Shown here piece after piece: positions 12,146 through 22,002 of a DNA stretch of 30,324 nt. The position numbers and the translations under genes were made by a program. The notes beneath the pieces are model-generated. The model saw only the letters and a program-made list of their open reading frames with translations. It did no database searches and was not told the origin of the DNA. Within the stretch, counting starts at the first letter, position 1; the number at the start of each line of letters is the position of its first letter. Origin of the DNA: Mesotaenium endlicherianum (taxonomy: Eukaryota); NCBI GenBank assembly GCA_009602735.1, contig WELA01002297.1, forward strand, positions 986,126 through 1,016,449, written 5' to 3'.

Positions 12146-13550
12146 CTCGAGTCCCCCGACGCATTCTCGATTGAGAGCTGCGGCTGCGAGGGGTCATAAG
12201 AACGAATTCCAAGTTGGACCAGTCAGCACTTCTGCCAGCATGGCACATCCCCCTTCCCTGCTCATGCCAGCTGTCCCACGCAGCAGATCGATGGAAGCCA
12301 CATGTGGCAGTACAGGTGTGGCGCAAGAGCGAAAGTGCTTGTGCACTCGTGAAGCCTCCAGGCAGCAGGCCCCATCCCGTTCCAGCAGGGGGTGGAACAG
12401 CTGGCCCCCAAAACCGCTTGTTGCAAAATAATACAGGCAAACTGCTGCCATTGCCAATGCCTTTGATATTTCTTCTTGGGTGGGGGGGGGGGNNNNNNNN
12501 NNNNNNNNNNNNNNNNNNNNNNGGGGGGGGGGGGGGGACTGGTGATGAAGGGGTGGTTGAGAGGAGAAGCGGCTTGGGACCAGCCCCTTGCACATTATTT
12601 TGCAACCCCCGCACCGCTGTCTTGTGGATCAGTGATAGCTCTCTGCAAGTTTTCTACCTAGTTCTTGTAATAGCACAAGAGGGATTCTCCAGATTGAACC
12701 CCCACGAGCACAGCAGGTGTGATGTGGAAAGAGTCTGTGCCTTTGACCTTCCTATGGTGTTGGTGGATGGGGCGGGTTTGGTTCTTAGTATCTAGGGAAT
12801 ACATTCTTCCCAGGGTCCTACACGGCAAACAAAGCGTATAGCTGACTAAGTGGCTAATGTCGAGGGAGGCTCGAGATTGCACTGACCTTCAGATTTCGAA
12901 GCTCATCCTCCCCTTCGATGGAGAAGACTTTCCTTTTCCTTGGGTTTGGCATTATAGAGAACTCTCCCCCGGCCTGCACAGTATGTCTTCGTCGCGTGAT
13001 TAGGCCCCTGAAGAAACCAAGCGGATATCGTGACCTTCTGGCAGCAGGAAAGCCCAAACAACCCTTTGTTTATTATGCTTTTTGCCCTCTATATACTTGA
13101 TCGACCTTCTCCCGTCAGGTGCTACAACTCACTTGCAATAAAAGTACCTCCATATAACTTCTTTTTTTCCAGTTGGCACGATTTCATAGAAGGGCTAAAA
13201 CAGGTGTAGCCATAGGCTTGGCAGAAACTTGGGGATGTTACCCTCATCCAGATAATGCCGACGCGCATTTGGATACGCAGGGTCCCAAAACTTACGTCGT
13301 CGTCTGAGTCGGAGTATAAGTCCCCCCCTGCCACAATAACCTCTCTCGCACCAGGGCTCGTGGACTGCCTATGCTTCAGGTTCTGAGTAGCACCAATACC
13401 TCCTGTGGCACCTCTGATGTCCGAAACAGAAGGAGGTGAGATACCTGCCATCCTGGCTTCCAGCTTCGCAAGCTTCTCCGGAAGGTTTGGGTTAGAAGTA
13501 TTCGAGTTTGTTGACATTTGAAGGAGAATGTCTCCTCCATCCTCAAACAT
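1349..13550 (-). CDS. TLK: Tousled-like serine/threonine kinase, spliced multi-exon gene (whole span; exons listed separately)
   Basis: N-terminal [11 protein letters not shown] and SDSDDD motifs, coiled-coil LKVISDLL...EVWEDGQ...[10 protein letters not shown], and kinase motifs [42 protein letters not shown]. These match plant TOUSLED as I recall it. Splice phases are mutually consistent from 8035 down to the stop. Confidence 0.95.
2110..2271 (-). CDS. TLK: TLK exon ([30 protein letters not shown]...SSEAK)
   Basis: 162 nt phase 0/0; subdomains IX-X. Confidence 0.95.
2951..3005 (-). CDS. TLK: TLK exon ([18 protein letters not shown]), absent from the ORF track
   Basis: GGCAG|G acceptor completes the Trp codon; AAG|GTGAGC donor; 55 nt. 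Confidence 0.95.
3840..4113 (-). CDS. TLK: TLK exon (GKDLD...[12 protein letters not shown]...DFGLSK...[11 protein letters not shown])
   Basis: 274 nt phase 1/2; catalytic loop and DFG. Confidence 0.95.
4739..4949 (-). CDS. TLK: TLK exon (AFDL...VACKLH...[10 protein letters not shown]...FCTVLEYCD)
   Basis: 211 nt phase 0/1; catalytic Lys and helix-C Glu. Confidence 0.95.
5260..5439 (-). CDS. TLK: TLK exon ([13 protein letters not shown]...[18 protein letters not shown]), kinase subdomain I
   Basis: 180 nt phase 0/0; glycine-rich loop. Confidence 0.95.
6309..6442 (-). CDS. TLK: TLK exon (DKGGERE...[13 protein letters not shown])
   Basis: Phase 1 acceptor GAGCAG; CGG|GTGAGT donor; E.YK.RL..LKR motif. 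Confidence 0.85.
6609..6647. repeat. (GGCTGACA)n octamer tandem repeat, ~5 units
   Basis: Direct reading. Confidence 0.9.
6743..6836 (-). CDS. TLK: TLK exon ([21 protein letters not shown]10-P), probable GC donor
   Basis: GAGCAG acceptor; conserved [17 protein letters not shown] donor in phase 1. Confidence 0.8.
6985..7078. repeat. ~47-bp tandem duplication in intron
   Basis: CACGCGCACGACGTGGACCAATACACAC...GCACGCGCCCGCA occurs twice. Confidence 0.85.
7302..7368 (-). CDS. TLK: TLK exon ([22 protein letters not shown])
   Basis: WEDG motif; phase 2 acceptor matches upstream exon; CTG|GTGCCC donor. Confidence 0.9.
8035..8169 (-). CDS. TLK: TLK exon, 5' boundary at or in the gap (…[40 protein letters not shown])
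   Basis: Conserved TSL coiled-coil motif; donor CG|GTGCGC, phase 2. Confidence 0.85.
9634..9687 (-). CDS. TLK: TLK exon ([18 protein letters not shown], coiled-coil-like)
   Basis: TGCAG acceptor, CAG|GTGCCC donor, 54 nt phase 0/0. Confidence 0.6.
9710..9930. repeat. Intronic compound (GT)/(GC)/(GCGT) microsatellite
   Basis: Alternating purine-pyrimidine tract; similar tracts at ~1482-1508, 3122-3172, 5595-5717 and 11490-11588. Confidence 0.9.
10970..11056 (-). CDS. TLK: Candidate TLK exon ([29 protein letters not shown])
   Basis: GGCAG acceptor, AAA|GTGTGC donor followed by the C-rich intron start typical of this gene; 87 nt phase 0/0; no homology recognised. Confidence 0.35.
11225..11274. 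repeat. (GACAGGACGG)n 10-mer tandem repeat, ~5 units
   Basis: Direct reading. Confidence 0.85.
11878..12183 (-). CDS. TLK: Probable TLK exon ([15 protein letters not shown]9-GGQGKSGG...GRQGRGGG...EFDDYK)
   Basis: CGCAG acceptor, AAG|GTACAG donor, 306 nt open in phase 0/0; polyQ and GR-rich low complexity as in TSL N-termini. Confidence 0.6.
12887..12973 (-). CDS. TLK: TLK exon 2 ([29 protein letters not shown]; basic NLS-like RKRK)
   Basis: TGTGCAG acceptor, AAG|GTCAGT donor, 87 nt, phase 0/0; resembles the TSL segment after SDSDD. Confidence 0.75.
13296..13550 (-). CDS. TLK: TLK exon 1 ([13 protein letters not shown]...[14 protein letters not shown]...SDSDDD)
   Basis: ATG at 13550; 255 nt; donor GTAAGT, phase 0; plant TSL N-terminal motif. 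Confidence 0.85.
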
Positions 13551-15449
13551 TTTGGGGAGGCTGGAGGCAAAGACAGAGAATGGGGTCACTTTATCTATTC
13601 ACAGGAATTAAAAACCCTACTCGGCGACACTAGCTTCCGGCATATTCCAAGTTTGCTCGGCAACGGAAGTCATGAAGTGAATGGTGAATTGTGCTCAGAG
13701 ATGAACAGTCGCGAGATTATGCAACTGCACCAATATTGACATGGGCGCGACAGGTGTAAACTAAAATTGTGGCTATGGCTTGGCATCTCCGTCTACAAAT
13801 CGAGCATGGTGTCTTGAACGCTCATGTAGTAAGTAGTCCGAGCCAGTCCGAGCTATCCTCGAGCATACTTTGAAGCAGCCCTTGTGCAAAGCTCTTGCTA
13901 TCGACTTCGACAAAAACGCGGGATAATTGCGGAGGTCACAATTTGGCGGGGAAGGGACTAGTGCTCTCCTGTGTTCAGACGCCAACCCAAGAAGTGCATT
14001 CAATTGTTTGAATCAAATAGGTCACGATTGAACCGTATCGTTGACATAGACGAACCGACGCTCGCTTAAGCGTGTGAACATGACACTTCTCCGGGGTGAC
14101 TAGTTTGTTGAATGTTCAGGCACGGGACCACTCACTCGCAAAGATGACCATTCATATGACTCTCTTATCTTGGCGCTGAAGGGGACCTTTGGGGGTGATC
14201 AATCCTCGCATTCGCGACCCGATGTACTTCCTACCGAGGTTACAATAATCACGCTGTGGTCTTGAGCAGCGTGCCCGACTGCCACGCACGTCACCTCCGC
14301 TTAACAGCAAAGTCCCCGCATCATGCCCTCTTACCAAGGGTTACTAAGCAGTGTCGCACCCAGCATTTCAGGCACCCCCTAACGGCAATTCTCTTCATCT
14401 AATCAACCTCTTTCTCATCGCCGTCACTCAATCCATTCTATACATGACTGGTAACGAATACAAGCAAATGAACGTGCAGATACGCGTAATTGGGGTCCTA
14501 GCTGACGAGCTCGTTGGTCTCCCTAATGAGAGTTTATTGGGGCCCAATGCTTCTCGCTTAAAGTTGCGAAGTCGTTGGAATATCGGTCACCTTGGCATCA
14601 CAACTTGGCAAGTCTCTGTAAGGTAACGACTTGGGAATGACTGGTAGGATTTCTGGTACAGCTTCATGTGGTTTTGCAAATAGTTGCTAGTAGTCATATC
14701 ATTTGCTATGATCTCGTGTGAAAGCCAACAAAATAATTGACTATAAACGGCTAAATCTTGTATAGAGGTTGCGTAGTACACAGGTGCCTAAGTGGTTGTT
14801 GGTCACCGGGGAAGTATGAATACTTACCAGTATCGGTGCAGGACTGAATGTGTAAGTATGAGTAAAAACTAGCAGATTCGCTGAGCTCAAGTTTGCGCTT
14901 GGCCAAGGGTTGGTACTAGCCAACAATGGTTTTGGCCAAAACCCGGCTTGGTATGATCTGGGCCATTAGAGTGAATTCGAACCTTCACGTAACTTCGGCT
15001 GACGCGGACTTTCGACCAGGTGAAATTAATTAGAAGTTTGGATTAGCCTAGCGCGCCTAAGCTAGAATATTCCAAAAATGTCGATGCATGTATGTGGACG
15101 TCAAATTGACCCGACACGTCAGATCAGCCTGATCTGGCATACTCACGAATATTCAAGAAGGGGCCATTTGACAAACACTTGGAGATTTTGTTGCTAAGCG
15201 GCCCTCCCTCTTAGGGGCGAGCGATCGTCGTAGAAAACTATAAATGGGCATAACTTCTTCGTGATTTATCAGGTTTCACTTCTGTAAATTTCTACGGGTT
15301 TGTAATGACAAGACCTTCATCCTATTCCTTTTGTGAGCACTTTCTTTGAATCAAAATGCTCAGTAATTTTCTAAGGCTTTCTTAGTGATATGTCGCTGCA
15401 CTCTAGAGTATGATTGCAACTATTTTGGTTCCTCTTGAGTTACTACGCT

Positions 15450-15830
15450 TCTACTAGGGCACTCTGCCCCTTTCACCACCCTTGGGGGCTGAAACTCGGC
15501 AGACAGGGCCGGCAAGAGGGTTGCTAGAGAAGCAGCCAGAGGGATGCCAGCTTCATTTTCCCTCTGGGGGCATGTGCCCTTATCCTATGTCATGCAGCAT
15601 CCTTTTGGCAACCCTAAACTTGTTCTTGTCAGTATGCGGAATACACAGGAATGAGCAGGTTCCATTAACTTGCAAACTGTGCAAGAGGAAGCTGCCGAGT
15701 TGCTGTGTTCTCCTATGGGCCCACCTTGGGCTGGGGTTGAAGAGTTCAGAAGGCCACCTGAGAGGTGGACATGATCCAGGTGTAGGTCTGGTTCCCAGAA
15801 GATAGGGCCCCGGGGACCTAGCTTGCATCA
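15450..15830 (+). pseudogene. Decayed, diverged 3' part of the retrotransposon extra ORF (element A)
   Basis: Frame starting GCC at 15535 reads ARGMPASFSLWGHVPLSYVMQHPFGNP...INLQTVQEEAAELLCSPMGP...FRRP. It aligns with 23671 onward and has in-frame TGA stops. Confidence 0.8.
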
Positions 15831-15910
15831 GGAGATCAACAATCTGCAGTGTTGCATGCTCTTGTCAGCTTGTTAGGATTGTGATTTTGTTTTATTAAGA
15901 TGAGTGCTTT

Positions 15911-17139
15911 TGAAATGAATCTTGCTTATTCAAGATAAATATATAAGATCAGAGATAGGTGGAAGCGTGTAAAATCAGGGAGCGATCTTCGCCCTTAGAT
16001 TCCGTTTACTCATCTATACCCCTTGACTCACCGTAGTGTGCCATACTTGCACACTAACACAAGGTACAAGAAAGAGGCAAGCTTGGGGACTAGAGCTTCT
16101 CCATTAAACACTCATGACCTCTTGCCTACCAGGGCATACCAGCATGTATAAGCACATACACAACACCAGGGGACTGAATAGCAAAGGCGCTTTCATTCAG
16201 ATGACCATAAAGACATCCCACTGACTTAGGTGCAAAACCATGGAGTCTATTCATTAAATGACCCCAAAATATCAGAGGGCATAACTCTGTCAATACTACT
16301 TCAAATTCAACAAACTTAACGACGCAAAGGACGCATCTTGACGAGACCTGTCCGAAAAGTCCTAGTTCGCTCATTTGGAGCACAGACAAAGACGCCATGT
16401 CAATTTCCGTGAAAGCTGGTCATAATAACGAACCCAAAAGTGTACACATGACTTGCAAGTAGAAAATTTGACTCTAAAGCCTACTGTCCAGAATGAGGGA
16501 CCACAAGGTCCCAGCCTGCTATGTACCTAGTGACCACCTGGTTGACCACGACACAAGGTGCGCCGTTTCGTGAGAAACCCGTTAAGTTGGGACCCACAGA
16601 TCTAGGTATAACGACCTTATTAATTGGTCGGTTGACTGAAGTCCTAACTGTTCAGTTGACTGACGACGGCTCCGCCTACCCAAGAGTTAACCACATTGGT
16701 AGGAGATCGGTTTACCGAATCTCAGTAGACCTCCCGACTTTCAGTATACTACGGTCACATGTGCCAATCTAAGACTAATAATCCAAATGAATATATCTAT
16801 TCTCAGCGTACTGAAGCTAAGTATACTAACTAATATCAAGCGAGCTTACTATATGTCAACCTACTGATATTATATCCTATATATTACTGATATATGAATC
16901 TCAGCAAACTATACTATGATACAAAAGTCATCCTGCTGACCTTTTCAACAAAGTCAGCAAACTACACTATGATACAAAAGTCATTCTGCTAACCTTTTTG
17001 ACAAAGTAATTAAACTCGCATTATATCGACACATTCATTTAGATGAACTGGCACTTGTGAGTATATTGACATACTACTTATTTAGTGTTGTATTTATACA
17101 TTTACTTAATTAAATAAAATATTGAATTGATTTATTACA
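15911..17139 (-). mobile_element. Solo LTR (1229 bp) of a related, diverged family (LTR G)
   Basis: Ends TGAAATGAATC (15911) and GATTTATTACA (17139) match the family terminal inverted repeats. Flanks GCTTT/GCTGT form a 4-of-5 TSD. It shares a core motif (16664-16723) with the 720-bp LTRs. Confidence 0.7.
16901..17006. repeat. 2 x 53-bp tandem repeat inside LTR G
   Basis: TCAGCAAACTAYACTATGATACAAAAGTCATYCTGCTRACCTTTT..ACAAAG at 16901 and 16954. Confidence 0.9.
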
Positions 17140-17177
17140 GCTGTTGTCGAAGCGACAACAATGTAAGTCGGAGGAAT

Positions 17178-17886
17178 TGTAATAAATCAATATTATTGAT
17201 AATATAATATTCATTTAAATATAAAAGCTAATAGATTGAGTTTGCTGAACTTAGCTTTTATCAGGTCCGTTGGTCTTCAATTTTATTCACTTTTATGACT
17301 TAGCTGAAAGCAGCAGGTTGAAGTCTAACATTGGTCAGGTTGATGACACATTCTTTGACAGTCAGCTGACTGCCGAACTTGGTATCAGTGTATTGTCTAG
17401 TTATGCATTTAAGTGTGATATGCTAGATGAGTGGCTAGATGACACCCTTGGGTGAATGGCCAATGATGGGAGATGGCTGTGGATTTGGTTAGCCGAGGTC
17501 CTACCAACGTGGTTAACTCCCAGGTAGGGGGTGCCATCGCACTTGCCGTTGAACAATAAACTCATTCCATGTACATAGGTTAGGTTATGCCCTCGAGTTT
17601 GGCATTCAAATACGAGGCCAACTCTCTTGTACAGCTTACTGAGAGAACATCTAAATCCAAGGCTGCAAGTCGTTACACGAATTGTTTACTATCCTTACTT
17701 ATGTGTGAGTTTATTGATTATATGATGGATGCTTGTTATTTGCATTTCATTAATGAGTGTTACCTAAGCTAGTTGTGCGATTTTTGCTGATTAATAAGTT
17801 AATCAGAAGATACCATAAAAATTACTTGCTGACATGAAGATCTTCAATTTATTCTTAATCGCCTATTGGTAAGTCGATTCATTTCA
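17178..17886 (+). mobile_element. 3' LTR of old element A (709 bp)
   Basis: TGTAATAAATC...GATTCATTTCA; preceded by hairpin 17142-17160 and degenerate PPT AAGTCGGAGGAA; colinear with LTR 24048-24767. Confidence 0.9.
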
Positions 17887-19083
17887 ACGTAGTCTTACGA
17901 CCACCTCTTCCAAAGCCTCCTCGAGAGTACCCACCTCACCCTCTAGACTGCCAAGTATTGTACTCATACCCAAAAGACTCTTGCTCATCCAACTATCATC
18001 CTTAGCCTGGTCTCCTTCAATCGCATTGTAGGAACCATGTAGCTTTTTGACAATCTTAGCCACCAAAGCACTACTCTAGCGCTGGTAGTTGAATAGCTGC
18101 TAATCCCAAGCATCAATATCTCGGATCAATGGTCAGTCTATTTTTCATACTTCTTTTCAACAAAATGACTTCACACCTCAGACTTCAAGCCAAACCTGAA
18201 GTATGCTATCTTATAGAGCTCTGGCAACGCGGGCTGCTTCATTATGTTCTCCTAAAATTTTTGAGCATACTCAGCAACTGAAGTGGTTTGCTTCAGTGTG
18301 AGGGAGATCATTGCATAGATAGCTTTCTCTTACTGATTAATCACATCAAACTTTTCATGTAATTGCTCAATGAACCCTTCTCACGAAAGGTCACCGAGGT
18401 GGTTAGCCTTACGCTCTCCTTTATGGAAGAGCCACCAGTCTGCTGCGTTGCCTTTCAGCAAAGCACCGGTGTGCCTTAATTTTTAGTGAAATCTTGCATG
18501 TCTGGATATTTCTCCAGCCACTGCTCAACATTACCAAAAACCTTTATCAGGTAATACTATTTGTTTCCCTCAGGGTCATAGTCCTGAGGTGGCTTTGGTT
18601 TTGGCCTATTAGGCCCTCTGCCACCATCAGTAGAGTGAAAATTCAGTTGGCCTTTTCACGTATTATTGCCATCATAATCCTCTTGTTGGGGCTGATACAT
18701 CACAGTCATCTGAGATTGTATTTGAACAAACAATGCACTCAAATCGACATTCTGAAGTGGCAATGCAGACATAGCAGCAACAGCAACATTGACTCGCTCG
18801 GCAGCAACTTCAACATTTCCTCTTGCTGTTGTATTAGCAATTCCCCCTTTGCTTTAGCTAGACGCTCAATTTCTATTCTGATGCGCTCTTCTTCAGCCTG
18901 CTGGTTTGTAATTGCAGCAATGGCTGCCGTCTCTTCTGCATCTTCTCTATTTGCTGTATCGGCTAAAGCTTTTGAATAAGTGCGAGACCCAAATACATGA
19001 CTCTCGGCTTGTCCTTCAATGTTATCATCATCCCCACCCTCAATATTTCAAGAGTTGCTAGTTTGAGATCGCGTCCTTACCAT
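17887..19083 (-). pseudogene. gag: Decayed gag of element B, truncated by LTR A before the zinc knuckle
   Basis: ATGGTAAGGACG start at 19083; colinear with gag 24802-~26143; several stops and frameshifts. Confidence 0.9.
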
Positions 19084-19104
19084 ATGAAGAAAACTGTGAT
19101 AAGA

Positions 19105-19116
19105 GCTCCGATACCA
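19105..19116 (-). promoter_or_regulatory. Primer-binding site (tRNA-iMet type) of element B
   Basis: TGGTATCGGAGC one base from the LTR CA end. Confidence 0.9.
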
Positions 19117-19117
19117 C

Positions 19118-19717
19118 TGAAGTGAATCGACTTACCAATAAGCGATTAAATTATTAATAAAGATTTTTATATCAGCAAGTAATCTCTATGGTGTTTTTTG
19201 GTTAACTTATTAATCAGCAAAAGACTCCACAACTAGCATCCGTAATACTCACAAGTCAAATGCAATTAAACTAGCATCAATCATGCAATCAGTAAACTCC
19301 TACATAAGCAAGATAAGAAGCAGTTTGGGTAACGGCGTCACAGCCTTAGCTTCAGTCAATCTCTTGGTAAACGAAACTAAGTGTTGGCATCATTTTTGAA
19401 TGTTGAACTTGAGGGCATAACATAACCCATGTACATAGAATGAGTTTTACTGTTCAATGGTCAGTGCCAAAGCACCCCCTACTTGGGAGCTAACCACGTC
19501 GGTAGGATTTCAGCTAACTAAATCCACAGCCATCTCCCATCATCCCAAATCGCCATCCACCCAAGGGTGTCATCTGGCCACCCATCTAGCATATCACACT
19601 TAGATGCATAACTAGGCAATCCACTGATACCGAGTACGGCAGTCAACTGACTGTTAAAGAATGTGTCAGCAACCTGATCTGCAATAGACTTCAACCTGCT
19701 GCTCTCGGCTGAGTCAT
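19118..19717 (-). mobile_element. 5' LTR of element B, lacking its first 120 nt (interrupted by LTR C)
   Basis: Homologous to the reference LTR; abuts the PBS; ends at GAGTCAT|TGAAATG. Confidence 0.9.
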
Positions 19718-20299
19718 TGAAATGAATCGACTTACCAAATAGGCGATTAGCAATTAATGAAGATCTTCATGTCAACAAGTAATCTTTATGGTATTTTCTG
19801 TTAATTAATTAGACAGCAAAAGACAACACACTAGCAGTGGACAGTACTCGCAAGTCAAATGCAAGTAAACAAGCATCAGTAATGCAATCAGTAAACTCAT
19901 ACATAAGCAAGGCTAGAAGACAGTGCATATCAATGGCTTTTCGCCTTCGATTCCGATGTCTCTCCGTAAGCTGTACAAGAGAGTTGGCCTTGTTTTCGAA
20001 TGCCGAACTCGAGAGCAATACCTAGCATATGTACACGAAATGAGTTTACTGTTCAACGGCCAGTGCGATGGCACCGCCTACCCGGGAGATAACCACGTTG
20101 GTAGGACCTCGGTTAACCAAATCCACCGCCATCTCCCATCATCCCGATTCGCCATCCATCCTAAGGATGTCATCTGGCCATTCATCGAGCACACCACACT
20201 TAGACTCATATCTAGGCAGTTCGCTGCTACCAAGTACGGAAGTCAGCTGGCTGTCAAAGAATGTGTCAGCAAGCTGATATAAGTTGACTTCAGCCTGCT
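19718..20299 (-). mobile_element. LTR C, lacking its first 137 nt (interrupted by LTR D)
   Basis: Precise U5 end at 19718; ends at CAGCCTGCT|TGAAATG. Confidence 0.9.
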
Positions 20300-21017
20300 T
20301 GAAATGAATCGACTTACCAAATAGGCGATTAAGAATTAATAAAGATCTTTATATCAGCAAGTAATCTTTATGGTATTTCCGCTAACTGGTTTTCAGCAAA
20401 GGACAATACACTAGCAGTGAATAATACTCGTAAGTCAAATGCGAGTAAACTAGCATCAATAATGCAAATCAGTAAACTCATACATAAGCAAGGTTAGAAG
20501 ACAGTGCGTATCAATGGCTTCTCGCCTTGGATTCAGATCTCTCTCAGTAAGCTGTACAAGAGAGTTGGCCTCGTTTCCGAATGCCGAACTCGAGAGCAAT
20601 GCCTAGCATATGTACATGGAATGAGTTTACTGTTCAACGGTCAGTGCGATGGCACCGCCTACCCGGGAGTTAACCACGTTGGTAGGACCTCGGTTAACCA
20701 AATCCACCGCCATCTCCCATCATCCCGAATAGCCATCCATCATAGGGATGTCATCTGGCCATTCATCTAGCATATCGCACTTAGATGCATATCAAGGCAG
20801 TTCGCTGCTACCGAGTACGGAAGTCAGCTGGCTGTCAAAGAATGGGTCAGCAAGCTGACTTATATGGACTTCAGCCTGCTGCTTCCGGCTGAGTCATTAT
20901 ACTGATAATTATGTAAAGTCCAGCAGACTGACTATTAACTAAAACTCAGCAGGCTGATCTTAATTAACTATTATATTTAAATGAATATTATATCTACTAA
21001 TATACTGATTCATTACA
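20300..21017 (-). mobile_element. Complete 3' LTR D (718 bp)
   Basis: Both termini intact; PPT at 21018-21032 (TTAAGTTGGAGGGAT on minus strand). Confidence 0.95.
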
Positions 21018-21130
21018 ATCCCTCCAACTTAACTGGTTGTCGCCTCGACAACATTAAACTGCCAAAGCCTTAAATAAAGCGACTGACCCTGACCAGCCTC
21101 CCCTACTGACTGTCTTCTCAGCCTGTCACC

Positions 21131-22002
21131 TTAAGGGGTTGTTCCTGGGGCTTCAGGATCAGGAGACGGAGATCTGGACCTAGATCTGGACAGCCCTCTA
21201 GGTCTGTCAGCTGGCCTTCTAAAGAACCCTGTTTGCTCTAAAGTTGGGCCTCGAGGAGAACGAAGGATGGTAGCCTGTTCTTCAACCACTTGGGTGTTGA
21301 TCCCCACATAGACAGGCATTCCAGTAGGATGCTGAAATACATTGGCTAGAGGTACATGCCCCTGAGCGGAGGGGGAGGCCGGCATACCTCTGGCCCACCC
21401 GCGTGTCCCTCTTCTGGCACCCCTGTCCTCTGGGATTTCTGCCTGTGTCTGCTGCCCAGTACAGTCAGTTCAGCTTCTTCCCCTGCTTGGGCAGGTGGGC
21501 TGGGGGAGCGAGCGCGGGGTCCAGTTGTCGCCATAACGGGGATCACATTCCAAATANTTGATCGTGGTTCCTTAGGAGGCGCCCCTCCCTGCCCCTGGGT
21601 GTCCTGAGTACCTGCTGCTGAAGCTTCTCCTCTGCCTTGTTCTTCTTCCTCATCCTCCTCATCCTCCTCCTCGGAGAGAGTAGGGGTCTCGTCCACTAAG
21701 TCGTCCTGCTCCCTAGTAGACATGGAGTAGTCTACCGACCTCCCTTTCTTAGGGCGCGCTGGAGGTTGCTTGGCCTTGAGCCTACTGATATCTATCCGGC
21801 CTGCATTCTTTGCCCATTTGACAAAGGCATGCTTGCCCTTAGAGAAGTAGTCTCTTCCCCTCCTCCTATGCTCCTTGGTCTCTGCATTCATATTGCTCAG
21901 GCATCCATTCAGCCTGGGGTCCCAAGGGGCAATGTGAGGTGGTAGGATGAGATAGCCGTCTAGGCCATAGTGGAAGTCATCCGGTTGGGCTCGGTCACAC
22001 TC
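21131..22002 (-). pseudogene. 5'-truncated, frameshifted copy of the extra ORF (element D)
   Basis: Near-identical to 23062-23934; one C missing in CAGAAATCCC(C)AGAG; cut by LTR F at 22003. Confidence 0.9.

Noticed and set aside
1678..12800. Many overlapping ORFs on both strands, including N-spanning ones
   Set aside because: By-products of high GC, microsatellites, antisense shadows of TLK exons and gaps.
18494..18979. 161-aa hydrophobic plus-strand ORF
   Set aside because: Antisense shadow of the decayed gag.
20504..20770. Recurring 88-119 aa antisense ORF in the LTRs (also 19923, 22210, 24295; similar peptide at 16521)
   Set aside because: Non-ATG start, recurs only because the LTR does, and differences from LTR G are mostly non-synonymous, so the constraint is at nucleotide level.
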